Of a DNA stretch of 64,000 nt, positions 21,115 through 31,965 are shown piece after piece (position 1 is the stretch's first letter; every line of letters begins with the position of its first letter). The position numbers and the translations under genes are program-made. Origin of the DNA: Alphaproteobacteria bacterium (GTDB lineage Bacteria; Pseudomonadota; Alphaproteobacteria; UBA8317); NCBI GenBank assembly GCA_038131935.1, contig JAYPQH010000018.1:96001-160000 (forward strand), in the 5' to 3' direction. Under the pieces are notes generated by a model that was not told the DNA's origin, ran no database searches, and saw nothing but the letters and a program-made list of their open reading frames with translations.

Positions 21115-22350
21115 GAAACTGAGAAACGCCAACAGGGAGGCTGTTGCCAAACAGCCTGCCACACCAGCCAACTGAAAGCTGAGGCCAGATAATAAGGTCC
21201 CAACAAAACGGCCTACCGCATTAGACATATAGTAAAAACCAACATCCATCGCGACGCGTTCGCCTTTTGAGAACGCCAAAATCAAGTACGAATGTACCGA
21301 AGAATTAAGCGCGAATACCGCTCCGTAGACCCATAGCGCGAGCGCAACAATAATGGCGACCCAGTTTGCCGTGGCTTGGGGGGTTAAAAACAAAAACAAA
21401 CTTAAGGCTGCAGGAATAACAATCACCCCCAACAATAAGCTAGATGCAAGATCAGAGATGGCCCCAACATCATGGGCACGGCGCGCGAATATTTGTGGCG
21501 CCATGGCTTGAACAAACCCATAAGCCACAATCCAAGCTGCCATAAACACACCAATCATAAAAAAGGCTTGTTTGTTGCCCTCCGAGGTACCATCAGAAAG
21601 CACGGCGTAAAAGAAAATAGGAATCCCCACCACAAACCAAACATCCCTTGCTCCAAACAGGAATACCCTCGCGGCAGAGAGAATATTAACCTTTCGATCA
21701 GTTGAAAAAACATCCCTAAACTTGCTGTCTTTTTTCCCACGAGGTAACCCATCGGGCATAAAAGTCATGATGGCGACCAAGATCACCAACAACACAGCTC
21801 CCATCGCGAGTACCGCTGTCGAAAACCCAAACCAAGCCAATAATGCGGCACCAAGGAAAAACCCAAATCCTTTTACTGCATTTTTAGATCCAGTCAGCAC
21901 CGCCACCCAACGAAACAACAAGCCTGGTTGATCTGGAGCAAGAAGCTTTACAGCCGATTTGGCACTCATTTTTGAGAGATCTTTTGCAACACCTGATAAA
22001 CCTTGAACCAGCATGACATAGGCCACACTCAACGCTAGACCGAGATCATTTGGCATCATGTAAAGCGCAAGCAATGCAATGATTTGCGTCGTAAGGCCTG
22101 CGTAAAGCGTACTTGTTAAACCATATTTTGCAGCAATCCATCCAGCTGCCAAATTGGTCACAACCCCCATGAATTCGTACAGCAAAAACAAATAAGCCAA
22201 GGATAAAGGACTAAACCCAAGGGTATGGAAATGTAACAACACAAGCATACGCAATGCGCCATCACTAAGCATAAACGCCCAATAAGCCAAGGTCACTGCC
22301 AAATAAGCAGCCAAACCTTGCGAGCTTTTCAGAGACGTTTCCGCACTCAT
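21082..22350 (-). CDS. arsJ: Organoarsenical efflux MFS transporter ArsJ
   Basis: YWAFMLSDGALRMLVLLHFH, KDLSKMSAKSA, FLFGARDVWFVVG, DVGFYYMSNA; start overlaps the GAPDH stop. Confidence 0.93.
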   Translation of the reverse strand: MSAETSLKSSQGLAAYLAVTLAYWAFMLSDGALRMLVLLHFHTLGFSPLSLAYLFLLYEFMGVVTNLAAGWIAAKYGLTSTLYAGLTTQIIALLALYMMPNDLGLALSVAYVMLVQGLSGVAKDLSKMSAKSAVKLLAPDQPGLLFRWVAVLTGSKNAVKGFGFFLGAALLAWFGFSTAVLAMGAVLLVILVAIMTFMPDGLPRGKKDSKFRDVFSTDRKVNILSAARVFLFGARDVWFVVGIPIFFYAVLSDGTSEGNKQAFFMIGVFMAAWIVAYGFVQAMAPQIFARRAHDVGAISDLASSLLLGVIVIPAALSLFLFLTPQATANWVAIIVALALWVYGAVFALNSSVHSYLILAFSKGERVAMDVGFYYMSNAVGRFVGTLLSGLSFQLAGVAGCLATASLLAFLSFLCVRRLRVEG

Positions 22351-23356
22351 GCCTGGGCCACAATCATGCGGGCAATGTCGACCATACGACAGGCGTAACC
22401 CATTTCGTTATCGTACCATGCATAAATTTTTTGACCTGTGTGTCATCCACAACCATGGTTGAGGGACCATCAATGATGGAAGAACGGGTATCATTAACAA
22501 AATCCGCTGACACCAACGGGCGTCTCTCGAACCCAAGAATACCTTGTAATGAATGTTGGGCATAATGAGCAAGCAACCCATTCACCTCCTCAACATCGGT
22601 CTTGCGGCTCACCTCAAAAACACAATCTGTCAGTGATCCATTAACCAATGGCACGCGCACCGCATGACCATTTAACTTGCCCTTAAGCTCAGGATAAATC
22701 ACCGTAATCGCCGTTGCTGAACCTGTGGTTGTTGGGATCATTGCATTGAGTGCTGAACGTGCACGGCGCATATCTTTCGAAGGCCTATCAAGAATTGTTT
22801 GGGTATTGGTAACATTATGGATGGTTGTGATCATCCCATGTTTGATGCCCAATTCCTTATGGATGACCTCAACCACAGGTGCCAAACAATTGGTGGTACA
22901 ACTCGCAGCGGTGATCAAATGATGGTTATTGGCGTCATATATGTTATGATTGATGCCATAAACCAAATTACAAGCACCCTCTTCTTTCACGGGTGCAGAC
23001 ACCAGCACTTTGCAGACGCCATGATCGTAATAAGGGGCAACTTTTTTTACTGTTTTGAATGTACCGGTACAATCAATCACCATATCCACTGCATGATCTT
23101 TCAGGCTTAACCCTTCAATATCAGAAGCTTGGGTGAGCGGAATCCGTCGACCCTCATAATAAACAGCTTGATCATCAAAACCAATTTCGGGCGCAAACGG
23201 ACCATGAACGGTGTCAACATTCAGCAAAAGCGCATGCTGCTCAGGATTTCCCATCTTATCATTCAACAGAACCAATTCAATGTCACCGGGATGTTCCAGC
23301 AATTGTCTGACAACAAGTTTCCCGATCCGACCCAATCCATTAACCGCCACACGCAT
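22347..23356 (-). CDS. gap: ArsJ-associated glyceraldehyde-3-phosphate dehydrogenase; homopolymer frameshift near 22430
   Basis: NGLGRIG, AASCTTNCLAP; removing one base restores YAWYDNEMGYACRMVD ending in a TGA that overlaps the arsJ ATG. Confidence 0.92.
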
Positions 23357-23434
23357 GCACCGTCTCCCTCAGTCAACGCATGCGAAGGACTTACGAAACC
23401 CACATGATAATAACAACAAAAAAAACAATTGAGA

Positions 23435-23878
23435 TTATTTTTGTGTGGCGAATTGGGTTAACCAAAACCCCCAAAGCCATTACCAAATACCCGCCAACCT
23501 GGTCATATTCAGGGGGGTTATTTTGGCGCCAAACAAACCAAAATGATCAATAATAGCTGCGGAGACCAATTGTCCCAAGAGCACGAAAAATACTGCATTT
23601 CCTAGTCCAAAACGTGGAGCAACGAATGTAATGGACAGGACATAAAATGCCATTAGACAGCCTGCTAGAAATGCATATTTTGGTGCCACAGACAATTTTT
23701 GAAACGGCATATCACCTTGCAAGAACACCACCATGGCTGCCGTGCAAAGAGCCACCAAAAACAAAATGAGGGCAGCTGCAAATGGTGCATTCAAAAACCT
23801 GCCCAGCATAGAGCTCAATGCGGCCATGGTTGGGACACCAACCCCTGCGAAAAACATCACCAAGGCATAGCCCCACAT
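23435..23878 (-). CDS. DMT family (YdcZ-like) small transporter; 3' end frameshifted
   Basis: AGVGVPTMAAL, FGLGNAVFFVLLGQL, IDHFGLFG. Confidence 0.85.
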
Positions 23879-24000
23879 CTCGATTACCCTTTCTATACAT
23901 TCATCTTCTATGCATGACATGTTTGCTGCAAAACATCCAGAAAATCCTAAATGCTGTCCCAACAACAGATAGGTCCTGGTCGAACAAGCAAGAGACACGT

Positions 24001-25071
24001 CTAGCTTTGTTGATAACCAACATCACCAGGTGCAACGGACACAGATTTCATAACGGCAACACATGCACATCCTATATGAAGATTAAGGTTACGTGCAGAT
24101 CTTCGTGTCACCCGTGCCAAAAGTGGGCCTGCTTTGGTATCTAAGGTCACCATCACGCCAGGCCCCACGCCTTCTCGCATTGCGACAATAACACCCGCTA
24201 TCTGGTTCAACGCCGACAACCCTTCAGGCTTTGTCACGCTCAACATGACGTCATGTGCAGGAATACGTATGCGCACCACCTGACCTAGGTTTGCGTGAAT
24301 TTTGGGTAACAACAAACGCACCCCATGAGCGTCTATCTCACTTAAACCATCATCATGATGAGCGACGACCTTGGCTGTGAGCAAAGCCCCCACAGCCCGA
24401 ACACCACCTGGGGCGCGGTTCATGTCCGACAGCACCTCTTCTGCAGATCCGAGTGTGCTCACCCGGCCTTGATCGATCACCACAACTTGGTTTGCCAACC
24501 TACCTACCTCTTCAAGGGCATGGCTTACATACAAAATAGGAATAGCAAGCTCGTCACGAAGCCGCTCAAATAACGCCAAAATCTCATGTCTGCGTGGGAT
24601 ATCCAATGCCGACACAGGCTCGTCGGCCAAAATGACCTCAGGTTGGGATAACAACATGCGCCCGATGGATACACGTTGTTGTTCCCCCCCTGAAAGATGA
24701 CCCACCGGCCGATCTTGCAAATGTGTGATATCAAGAAGCTGACAAATTTTATCACAAGAAGAAGGGTCCTTGGCGCCAAATAACAAGTTACCAAGCACGT
24801 TTTTATGGGGAAACAAGTGAGGTTGTTGAAACACATAACCAACCTTGCGCCGATGGGTTGGAACATCAACTGAAGATGTCCGGTCAAAAAGCGTCCGCCC
24901 TGCCACACGGATATGGCCTTCCTGGGGGGTATAGATCCCAGCGATCGCATTTAAGATAGAGCTTTTGCCCGCGCCAGACGGGCCAAACAGAACTGTGATG
25001 CCACCTTCAACTTGGAATGTTACATCCAAACGAAACCGTTGAAATTGATGTTTTACAACAAGATCTATCAC
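24001..25071 (-). CDS. modC: Molybdate ABC transporter ATPase
   Basis: GPSGAGKS, LSGGEQQR, TOBE domains with LSALNQI. Confidence 0.95.
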   Translation of the reverse strand: MIDLVVKHQFQRFRLDVTFQVEGGITVLFGPSGAGKSSILNAIAGIYTPQEGHIRVAGRTLFDRTSSVDVPTHRRKVGYVFQQPHLFPHKNVLGNLLFGAKDPSSCDKICQLLDITHLQDRPVGHLSGGEQQRVSIGRMLLSQPEVILADEPVSALDIPRRHEILALFERLRDELAIPILYVSHALEEVGRLANQVVVIDQGRVSTLGSAEEVLSDMNRAPGGVRAVGALLTAKVVAHHDDGLSEIDAHGVRLLLPKIHANLGQVVRIRIPAHDVMLSVTKPEGLSALNQIAGVIVAMREGVGPGVMVTLDTKAGPLLARVTRRSARNLNLHIGCACVAVMKSVSVAPGDVGYQQS

Positions 25072-25767
25072 TCATAACCCCTTCGTACGCCGTGCTGCCC
25101 ATTGCCCTAACCACTCACATACCATCAGCGCCAATAACGCAATCACAACGCTAACGGCACAAAGGATCACCAATCTTTCTTCACCTTGTGGGGTCTGCAG
25201 CAGGGAATAAATTGCCGAAGGTAGGGTTTGGGTGAGACCTGGCATATTGCCTGCAAATGTTATTGTTGCCCCAAACTCTCCAAGTGCTTTTGCAAAACCT
25301 AAAATCGCACCCACCCAAATTCCTGGTAGCGCTAGAGGAAGCGTTACGCTCCACCATATGCGCCAAGGTGAAGCCCCAAGCGTTGCTGCGGCATGCTCCA
25401 AACGAATATCAATGGCTTCGAAAGAAAGCCGCACAGCGCGCACGAATAGCGGAAACGCCATCACGGCGGCAGCCAGAACAGCCCCATGCCAATGATAGGC
25501 CAATGGAACTCCCCATTGGAGCAACAATGACCCCAATTGACCAGATGGCCCCAACATCATCATCAAAAGGTAACCTGTTACCACCGGGGGAAGTATGAGA
25601 GGCATATGCACCAACAAATTCAGCAAGCCATGACCTGGAAAACGCCACCGTGCCAATATGTAGGCAACAGTTATAGCCAGAGGTGCTGAGAACAACATCG
25701 CAAGGAATGCCACCTGCACAGACAGCTTAACCGCTGCAAATTCTTCCCCTGTCAACAACCAGGTCAT
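25072..25767 (-). CDS. modB: Molybdate ABC transporter permease
   Basis: PLILPPVVTGY, FAKALGEFGATITF. Confidence 0.96.
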   Translation of the reverse strand: MTWLLTGEEFAAVKLSVQVAFLAMLFSAPLAITVAYILARWRFPGHGLLNLLVHMPLILPPVVTGYLLMMMLGPSGQLGSLLLQWGVPLAYHWHGAVLAAAVMAFPLFVRAVRLSFEAIDIRLEHAAATLGASPWRIWWSVTLPLALPGIWVGAILGFAKALGEFGATITFAGNMPGLTQTLPSAIYSLLQTPQGEERLVILCAVSVVIALLALMVCEWLGQWAARRTKGL

Positions 25768-26528
25768 GACGGATCACCTGGCAAAAAACCATGGCTTATG
25801 AAGATTTTCTGCGCCTTTTCCGAACGCAAATAATCGTAAAGACGCTTCATCGTCTCATCACTATGGGTGGTAAGTGCCATGGAATAGACAATATCTTTGT
25901 GGGTGGTTGGATCAATGTTTGCCAATAGCCTCACATCTTTGCGCCCTTTTATATCTGTTGCGTAGGCGATACCTATGGAGGCTACGCCATAATGTACCAA
26001 TCGAACAACAGCTGGGGCATTTTCTGCTGGCACAAGTTGCGTTTTCAACTTATCCCAAAGCCCCATGGTTTGAAGTGCTTGGCGCGCATACAGCCCCACA
26101 GGAACATGATCAGGGGCACCTATGGCCAATTTCCCATGATCCGATGCATTTTGTAAAATTTTGGGAATGGACATGTCAGAACTAAAGTCAAACCCAACAT
26201 CTCGCTTGGCAAACAACACCAACTGATTACCCACCAAAGATGTTCTGCTCTGTGGATTGATTGCAGACCGCTCTTCTAGCCAATCCATCCATTCATCATT
26301 GGCTGATAAAAAAAGACCTGCAGGCGCCCCCATGGCTATTTGCCTTGCCAACATTGAAGACGATGCCCACGACACCCCTACCTGTCCATCATACCCTTTA
26401 AGAACATCCGCCAACGCCGTTTGCAAACTTGCTGCAGCAAAAATTTGCACTGACGCAGCCCCCACGGCTGATGACATCGTCATCAGCAGCATACTCAACC
26501 CAACCAAAATGTTCCTACGATACATCAT
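25764..26528 (-). CDS. modA: Molybdate ABC transporter substrate-binding protein
   Basis: FAAASL, ASSSMLARQI..GAPA, VPVGLYA. Confidence 0.93.
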   Translation of the reverse strand: MMYRRNILVGLSMLLMTMSSAVGAASVQIFAAASLQTALADVLKGYDGQVGVSWASSSMLARQIAMGAPAGLFLSANDEWMDWLEERSAINPQSRTSLVGNQLVLFAKRDVGFDFSSDMSIPKILQNASDHGKLAIGAPDHVPVGLYARQALQTMGLWDKLKTQLVPAENAPAVVRLVHYGVASIGIAYATDIKGRKDVRLLANIDPTTHKDIVYSMALTTHSDETMKRLYDYLRSEKAQKIFISHGFLPGDPS

Positions 26529-26970
26529 AAGATTTCGTTACCGATTTTTGCTCGAGCGAACAACGGCCTTGTCCACTTCTAAATGCTTGAAACCTCTTCT
26601 TTAAAAAAATAGCCCTTAGAGGTTAGGCATGGTAGAGCCATGATTGTTCAACCCTGGTGACCAATTTGTTTCTTAAATGGGCCCTAGTCTCTTGGCTGAG
26701 GCTGTACCATTTGAAGAGTATCCTACGGAACAACAAGAGGGTTTTTATGGTGTAATAAACTATTTTTAAGGTGGCCACGAACGCGCGAGCACCAAGGGTG
26801 TTACTGCGTGCCGCAGCGCTTGGAAGAAATTGATGTTTGGGTCATACACGAACTGAAGAATTTCTTGATTAGCTCAAAAATCATCTTGGCACCGCTTACA
26901 AACAGACCGTAGGAAAGGTTCGAGGCTGCCTCCAGCATAGGTAATCAACAAACAAAGGAGAACAATCAAC

Positions 26971-27452
26971 ATGATCAAAGGTCTACATCATAATGCCTGC
27001 CGCTGCCGCGATTCAGAGGAAATGAGGGCATTTTACGAAGATTTCTTGGGCTTCCTTTGGTCCATGCGTTTGAGATTTCAGAGACAAAAACAGGCCGTAC
27101 CACCAAAGCTCTTCACAGCTTTTATCAAATGAATGATGGATCCTGTTTGGCTTTTTTTGAAGTACCTAACATGGACTTTGATTTTAAAGCTCAACATGAT
27201 TACGACCTTCATATTGCGCTTGAGGTAACACATGAATTCATGATGGAAATGTTCGAAAAAGGAAAACGAGAAGGCATTGAAACCCGTGGTGTCGCGGATC
27301 ATCATTTCATCGATTCCATTTATTTCCGAGACCCTAATGGCTACGTCATTGAATTGACCAGCAAACGTGACAATCATGACGAAGCCATGGACCCATCACA
27401 TAACAAAGCCCATCAAGCACTTGCCCATTGGCAACAAAGCAAACTTGCCTAA
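26971..27452 (+). CDS. VOC/glyoxalase family protein; single-base frameshift near 27050
   Basis: AAGGAG RBS then MIKGLHHNACRCRDSEEMRAFYEDFLG; continues in the next frame to HIALEV and SIYFRDPNGYVIEL. Confidence 0.88.
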
Positions 27453-27506
27453 CGATCATTTGATGTTGGAGTGCGCGGGTCCTTTAATCCCCTTTTTGAC
27501 GGAATT

Positions 27507-28091
27507 TTACGTGAAGGCAGGTCCATGTATCCATGTGGTAAGTGAGTAGCGCAAGCCAGACGTCATTTGAGAGACTTTATGCAATACAAAGCTTGGAAAC
27601 AGTATCACACTCCCCATGGTTGTGGATGCTGTTTCTTCCACCCCAGCCACGTTATAGCACAGCAATCCACCTTGATAACTTGCAGGATCACTGAGTTGTA
27701 CAATCAATGTAAGCTTACGCTTGGAGGCAAAATTCCCTGTCCCCCAATCTGCATGCCAATCAAAGTGACTCCCAAGACAGGCGTCATAACGGGCAATCTG
27801 GATACGTTCTGCAAACGCATCCAAATGGAATTGAAAATGTTGTCGGTTTGTCTTTAACACAAGTTCAAAAAGCCGCCGGAATATCCAGGCTGTCTCTTCT
27901 TCATCATCCAACCATGCCGTATGTACAATCCTAATGTCCTCGTCAAAATGCCCCTTCACCAACCGTGCTTCTTGAAACTGTTTCCGCTCAGCCGTGGCAA
28001 TAATATCGCGACATTCTGCTGGGGTAAAAAATACCTCTTGATAATATGGGGTAATCATACAATGCTCTCTCATAAAGGGACCATCGCGCAA
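27507..28091 (-). CDS. 2OG-Fe(II) oxygenase (prolyl-hydroxylase/PKHD-like)
   Basis: FDWHAD (HxD), RKLTLIVQLS, FPSFVLHKV, RYSLTTW. Confidence 0.9.
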   Translation of the reverse strand: MRDGPFMREHCMITPYYQEVFFTPAECRDIIATAERKQFQEARLVKGHFDEDIRIVHTAWLDDEEETAWIFRRLFELVLKTNRQHFQFHLDAFAERIQIARYDACLGSHFDWHADWGTGNFASKRKLTLIVQLSDPASYQGGLLCYNVAGVEETASTTMGSVILFPSFVLHKVSQMTSGLRYSLTTWIHGPAFT

Positions 28092-28157
28092 TGCACTAAG
28101 CGCATGAACGTGGGCTATGAGTTTATGCTGTTGTGGCTCAGAAGAGCAAGCTTCTTA

Positions 28158-29054
28158 TCACAATCGAAATTGCACAAAATCGAGAATTTCTTCAGCAATA
28201 TTGATATCACAACAACTCTCAAGGCCTTCAAAACCTGGCGAACTGTTGGCTTCGCAGACTTTGAATCCGTCTTGGTCGAACAACAAATCAATTCCAGCAA
28301 TATCAAGCCCCAATAGACGCGCACTCTGAAGCGCTAGCCACTCAGCATCGCGGTTAGGTTCAAAGCGAATGACTTCAGCGCCTTGGCTATAGTTTGCCTT
28401 AAAGCTATCATGCGTGGAACGTCGTTCCATGGCGGCCACAACGCGTCCGCCAATGACAAACATTCTCACATCACGACCTCGGCTGTTGGCTATGAATTCC
28501 TGAAAAATCAGATTTGTGTTGGATTGCGTAGATTGAATCAATTGCATCAAGTCATCAAAATGTTGCCTGGTTTCACATAAATACACACCGCTTCCTTGGC
28601 TACCGCTTAGGGTTTTGACAACAACCGGAAAGCCAAGAGCTTCCTGCACAATATTCAACTCCACTGGAAATTTTGCCAACATGGTTTTTGGCAATGGCAA
28701 TTTATGCCGGGCCAATAGTTGATGGGTAAACAGCTTATCGCGCACGGTTTCAATCGATCGTGAAGAGTTGAAGGTTGGCACCTGCAAACGTTCCAACTGC
28801 CTTATGACGGAGAGGGCAAAATAGTTTGTACCCGCCCCCATGCGTGGCAACATCACATCAGGAAGAGAAACAATATCATGATTGATCATGATACTTGGTT
28901 CTGAGTTGGAGGTCACCAACAATTCGAAATCTTCAGGGCGTCGCACCTGAATATCATGGCCACGTGACCGGCCCACGTCCAACAAACGCCTCATCTCATA
29001 TGCTTCAGGCTTCAGATGTGCCTCAGCATGTCTGTACAATATCCAAATATTCAT
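28158..29054 (-). CDS. RimK-family ATP-grasp alpha-L-glutamate ligase
   Basis: RDKLFTHQLL, FPVVVKTLSGSQGSGV, QEFI...GRDVR, GIDLL, VCEANSSPGFEG. Confidence 0.9.
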   Translation of the reverse strand: MNIWILYRHAEAHLKPEAYEMRRLLDVGRSRGHDIQVRRPEDFELLVTSNSEPSIMINHDIVSLPDVMLPRMGAGTNYFALSVIRQLERLQVPTFNSSRSIETVRDKLFTHQLLARHKLPLPKTMLAKFPVELNIVQEALGFPVVVKTLSGSQGSGVYLCETRQHFDDLMQLIQSTQSNTNLIFQEFIANSRGRDVRMFVIGGRVVAAMERRSTHDSFKANYSQGAEVIRFEPNRDAEWLALQSARLLGLDIAGIDLLFDQDGFKVCEANSSPGFEGLESCCDINIAEEILDFVQFRL

Positions 29055-29220
29055 AGAAGGAGCACCCATGACACAAGCAAGTCCCTGACTTAGCGGTTCG
29101 TGTCATACCGCATTATGATCCAGCTGCCATCAAAAAAGTGCACCCAAAATCTTAATTTCATCTATTTTTATAAGCTGGCAACGATGGCGTTTGCGTTTGT
29201 ACGACATAAGCAGATCATGG

Positions 29221-31844
29221 TCACCATGCAGGCACGGTTTGCCGACGCCGCTGAGACAGAAAAACAACAACCAACAAGATCAAACCAGGAACATAAAACC
29301 ATTCTTTGTGTGGTCTTTCAGCTGGAATTTCGAAACCAACAATGGCAACGGGTATATCGCCATAAAAATCAAACTTTGTCGCCATTTGGTCAAAATATCT
29401 TGTCCCTGGGAAAGGTTCTTCAATCACCAATCCACGTAGCCCCCTATCTATGATGCTAAGACCTTGAGCTTGCAGCTGATCAACCCATGGGCTCTTGCCA
29501 TCAGAGGGAAGTGAAAGTGTTAATGTCGTGTTGGCACCACTATCAAAATCCGGCCCCTCTAGGGTGATACGAACATCTTGAAGCACAACGTCGCGCTCCA
29601 ATGCTTGTGTGACGGCTTGCGCCTCAAAACGCTCAAACGGAGGTATAAGTTGATCCAACCAATATCCTGGGCGCAACAACGTGAAGACCACAAGCAAGAG
29701 AACAGCTTGTTCCCATAGATATGACCTCGTCAGCCAATAACCTTGAGTAACCGCTGCAAATGCCAGCATACCAATACAAGAAATCACAAACACCAAGAGC
29801 GCATGTAAGGGCTCTACATCTATCAATAAGAGATCCGTATTAAATATAAACATGAATGGCAGTAAGGCTGTGCGGATATCGTAAGCAAAACCTTGGACAC
29901 CTGTTTTGATAGGGTCTCCTCGTGAGATTGCAGCAGCGGCATACGCCGCCAAGCCAACCGGTGGTGTATCATCAGCCAAAATGCCAAAATAAAACACAAA
30001 CAAATGGACGGCAATGAGGGGTACCACCAACCCTGCCTGGGCGCCCACCGACATAATCACAGGTGCCATCAAAGATGAGACCACAATATAATTGGCTGTG
30101 GTGGGTAGACCCATCCCCAAAACCAAAGAAAGGACAGCCACAAGGATCAGCAAAACCATGATGTTGTCACCTGCAACCGCTTCTATAAGCTCCCCAATAA
30201 TTTGATGTGCCCCCGTGAGCGAAATCGTGCCAACTATGAGACCCGCGGCACCCGTGGCTACAGAAATCGCAATCATATTCCGCGCACCAGAGATCAACCC
30301 TGCTACAAACTGCCCCCAACCCAACAGCAGATGAATAGGACGCATCCCTTGACCACGAAAAAAACTTTTCAAAGGATGATGGGTCACCACGACAAAACTC
30401 ATGATCAAGGTTGCCCAGAATACGGATAAAGAGGGTGACAAACGGTCAAGGTCATCAGTTCTGACAATCAAATTCCAAACCAGAACAAAGATAGGAAGCA
30501 AAAAGTAACATCCCGATAACAAAGTAGGTGTCAAACGCGGGCTCGAGCTGATTTTTTCTCATCATCTTGATCTAGTTCGGGGACCTGGCTGGCTGCATAG
30601 ACCAAGCCCAGATACACCAATAAGAGCAACAGCATGGAAGCATATATCGACTGGTCTGGCATGATGTTTTCCAAAAAGGAACGTAGCAAAATCATGACAT
30701 AGGTGATCAGTCCCAATCCCAAAAAACCACTCAGAAAGAGAAGGCCAATCATCGCCAAACCCAAGCGACGTCCATCTTTTTCTAACCCCTTCAGGCCAAG
30801 TTTTAAGCTTTCTAGATGCACAATATACAAAAGTGCGATGTAGCTTATGACAGCAGGTAAAAAAGCATGACGCACGACATCTACATAAGAAATATTTACA
30901 TACTCGACCATCAAGAAGGCCGCAGCACCCATCACTGGTGGTGTTAGTTGTCCGTTGGTTGAAGATGCCACCTCAACGGCACCCGCTTTTTCTTTTGAAA
31001 AACCAATGCGTTTCATTAATGGAATGGTGAATGTTCCTGTGGTGACTGTATTGGCAATAGATGACCCTGAAATCATCCCCGTTGCCATGGATGACAGCAC
31101 AGCCGCTTTCGCGGGTCCACCACGTAAAGATCCCAACAGGGCGATCGCGACTTGGATGAACCAATGACCACCTCCGGCCTTCTCCAATAGCGCCCCGAAC
31201 AAAACAAACAAGAAAATCATGCTCGTAGAGACCCCAAGGGCAACCCCAAAAACACCTTCTGATTGCATCCAATAATGGCCCACAGCTTTGCTCAGTGATG
31301 CCCCCCCATAATTGGTGGCTTCACGGATGAAAGTTATATCCCCACCAAACAAAACAAGCAGAACGAATAGGGAAGCGATGATAACAAGCGGCAGCCCCAA
31401 ACATCGATAGACAGCAATCAAAAGCACCAAGATGCCCAAACAGGATATGACAACGTCTGAACCGGTCCAAAGTCCTGGGCGGTCTGCAATTTCGTAACGA
31501 AACAGCACCAAATATAATGTGGTTACCAACCCCAACATCAAAAGAATCAGGTCATAAAATGGGATATGACGTCGATGCTGAAATAAGGGATAGGTCAGTG
31601 AGGCCAAACTCAACGCAAATGCCAAATGTATGAAACGCGCTTGGGTAACCATTGCTGAAAAAAATGACAGGCCAGTTTGGGTGGCCAACCAACCGGGCAA
31701 TTGTGAGGCAATATACAACTGAAACAACGACCACAGAATACAAAGCCCAGCGATAACTTTTTGGACCAAGGGACCAGCTTCTCGCCCGCCAAGGTCTGTT
31801 TGCATCACCAACTCATCTGCAGAAAGTCTGCTATCGCGTGCCAT
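29221..31844 (-). CDS. TAXI-type TRAP transporter fused 4TM/12TM permease; split by a frameshift near 30540-30560
   Basis: ORFs 30531-31844 and 29221-30534 are consecutive halves: GGPAKAAV, SGSSIANTVTTG, PPVMGAAAF, GMGLPTTANYI, ADDTPPVGLAA. Confidence 0.92.
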
Positions 31845-31863
31845 GTCATCACCTTCTTTTTAT

Positions 31864-31895
31864 AAAAAATAAGAAACCGGCTGATGCCGGTTTCT
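31864..31895 (-). terminator. Stem-loop with U-tract between the TAXI binding protein and permease genes
   Basis: AGAAACCGG-ctgatg-CCGGTTTCT preceded by an A-run on the + strand. Confidence 0.65.
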
Positions 31896-31965
31896 CAACA
31901 TTATCGTTATGTAAGTTTCATCATTGTCTCTTTAAGCATTGTACATGAATGCTTAAGGCAAATGA

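Noticed and set aside
26530-26970. 440-bp gap upstream of modA, checked for a Moco riboswitch, a ModE box or a gene remnant
   Set aside because: Neither consensus is recognisable. Short stop-interrupted frames (e.g. VLLRAAALGR, vaguely LysR-like) are too weak to call.
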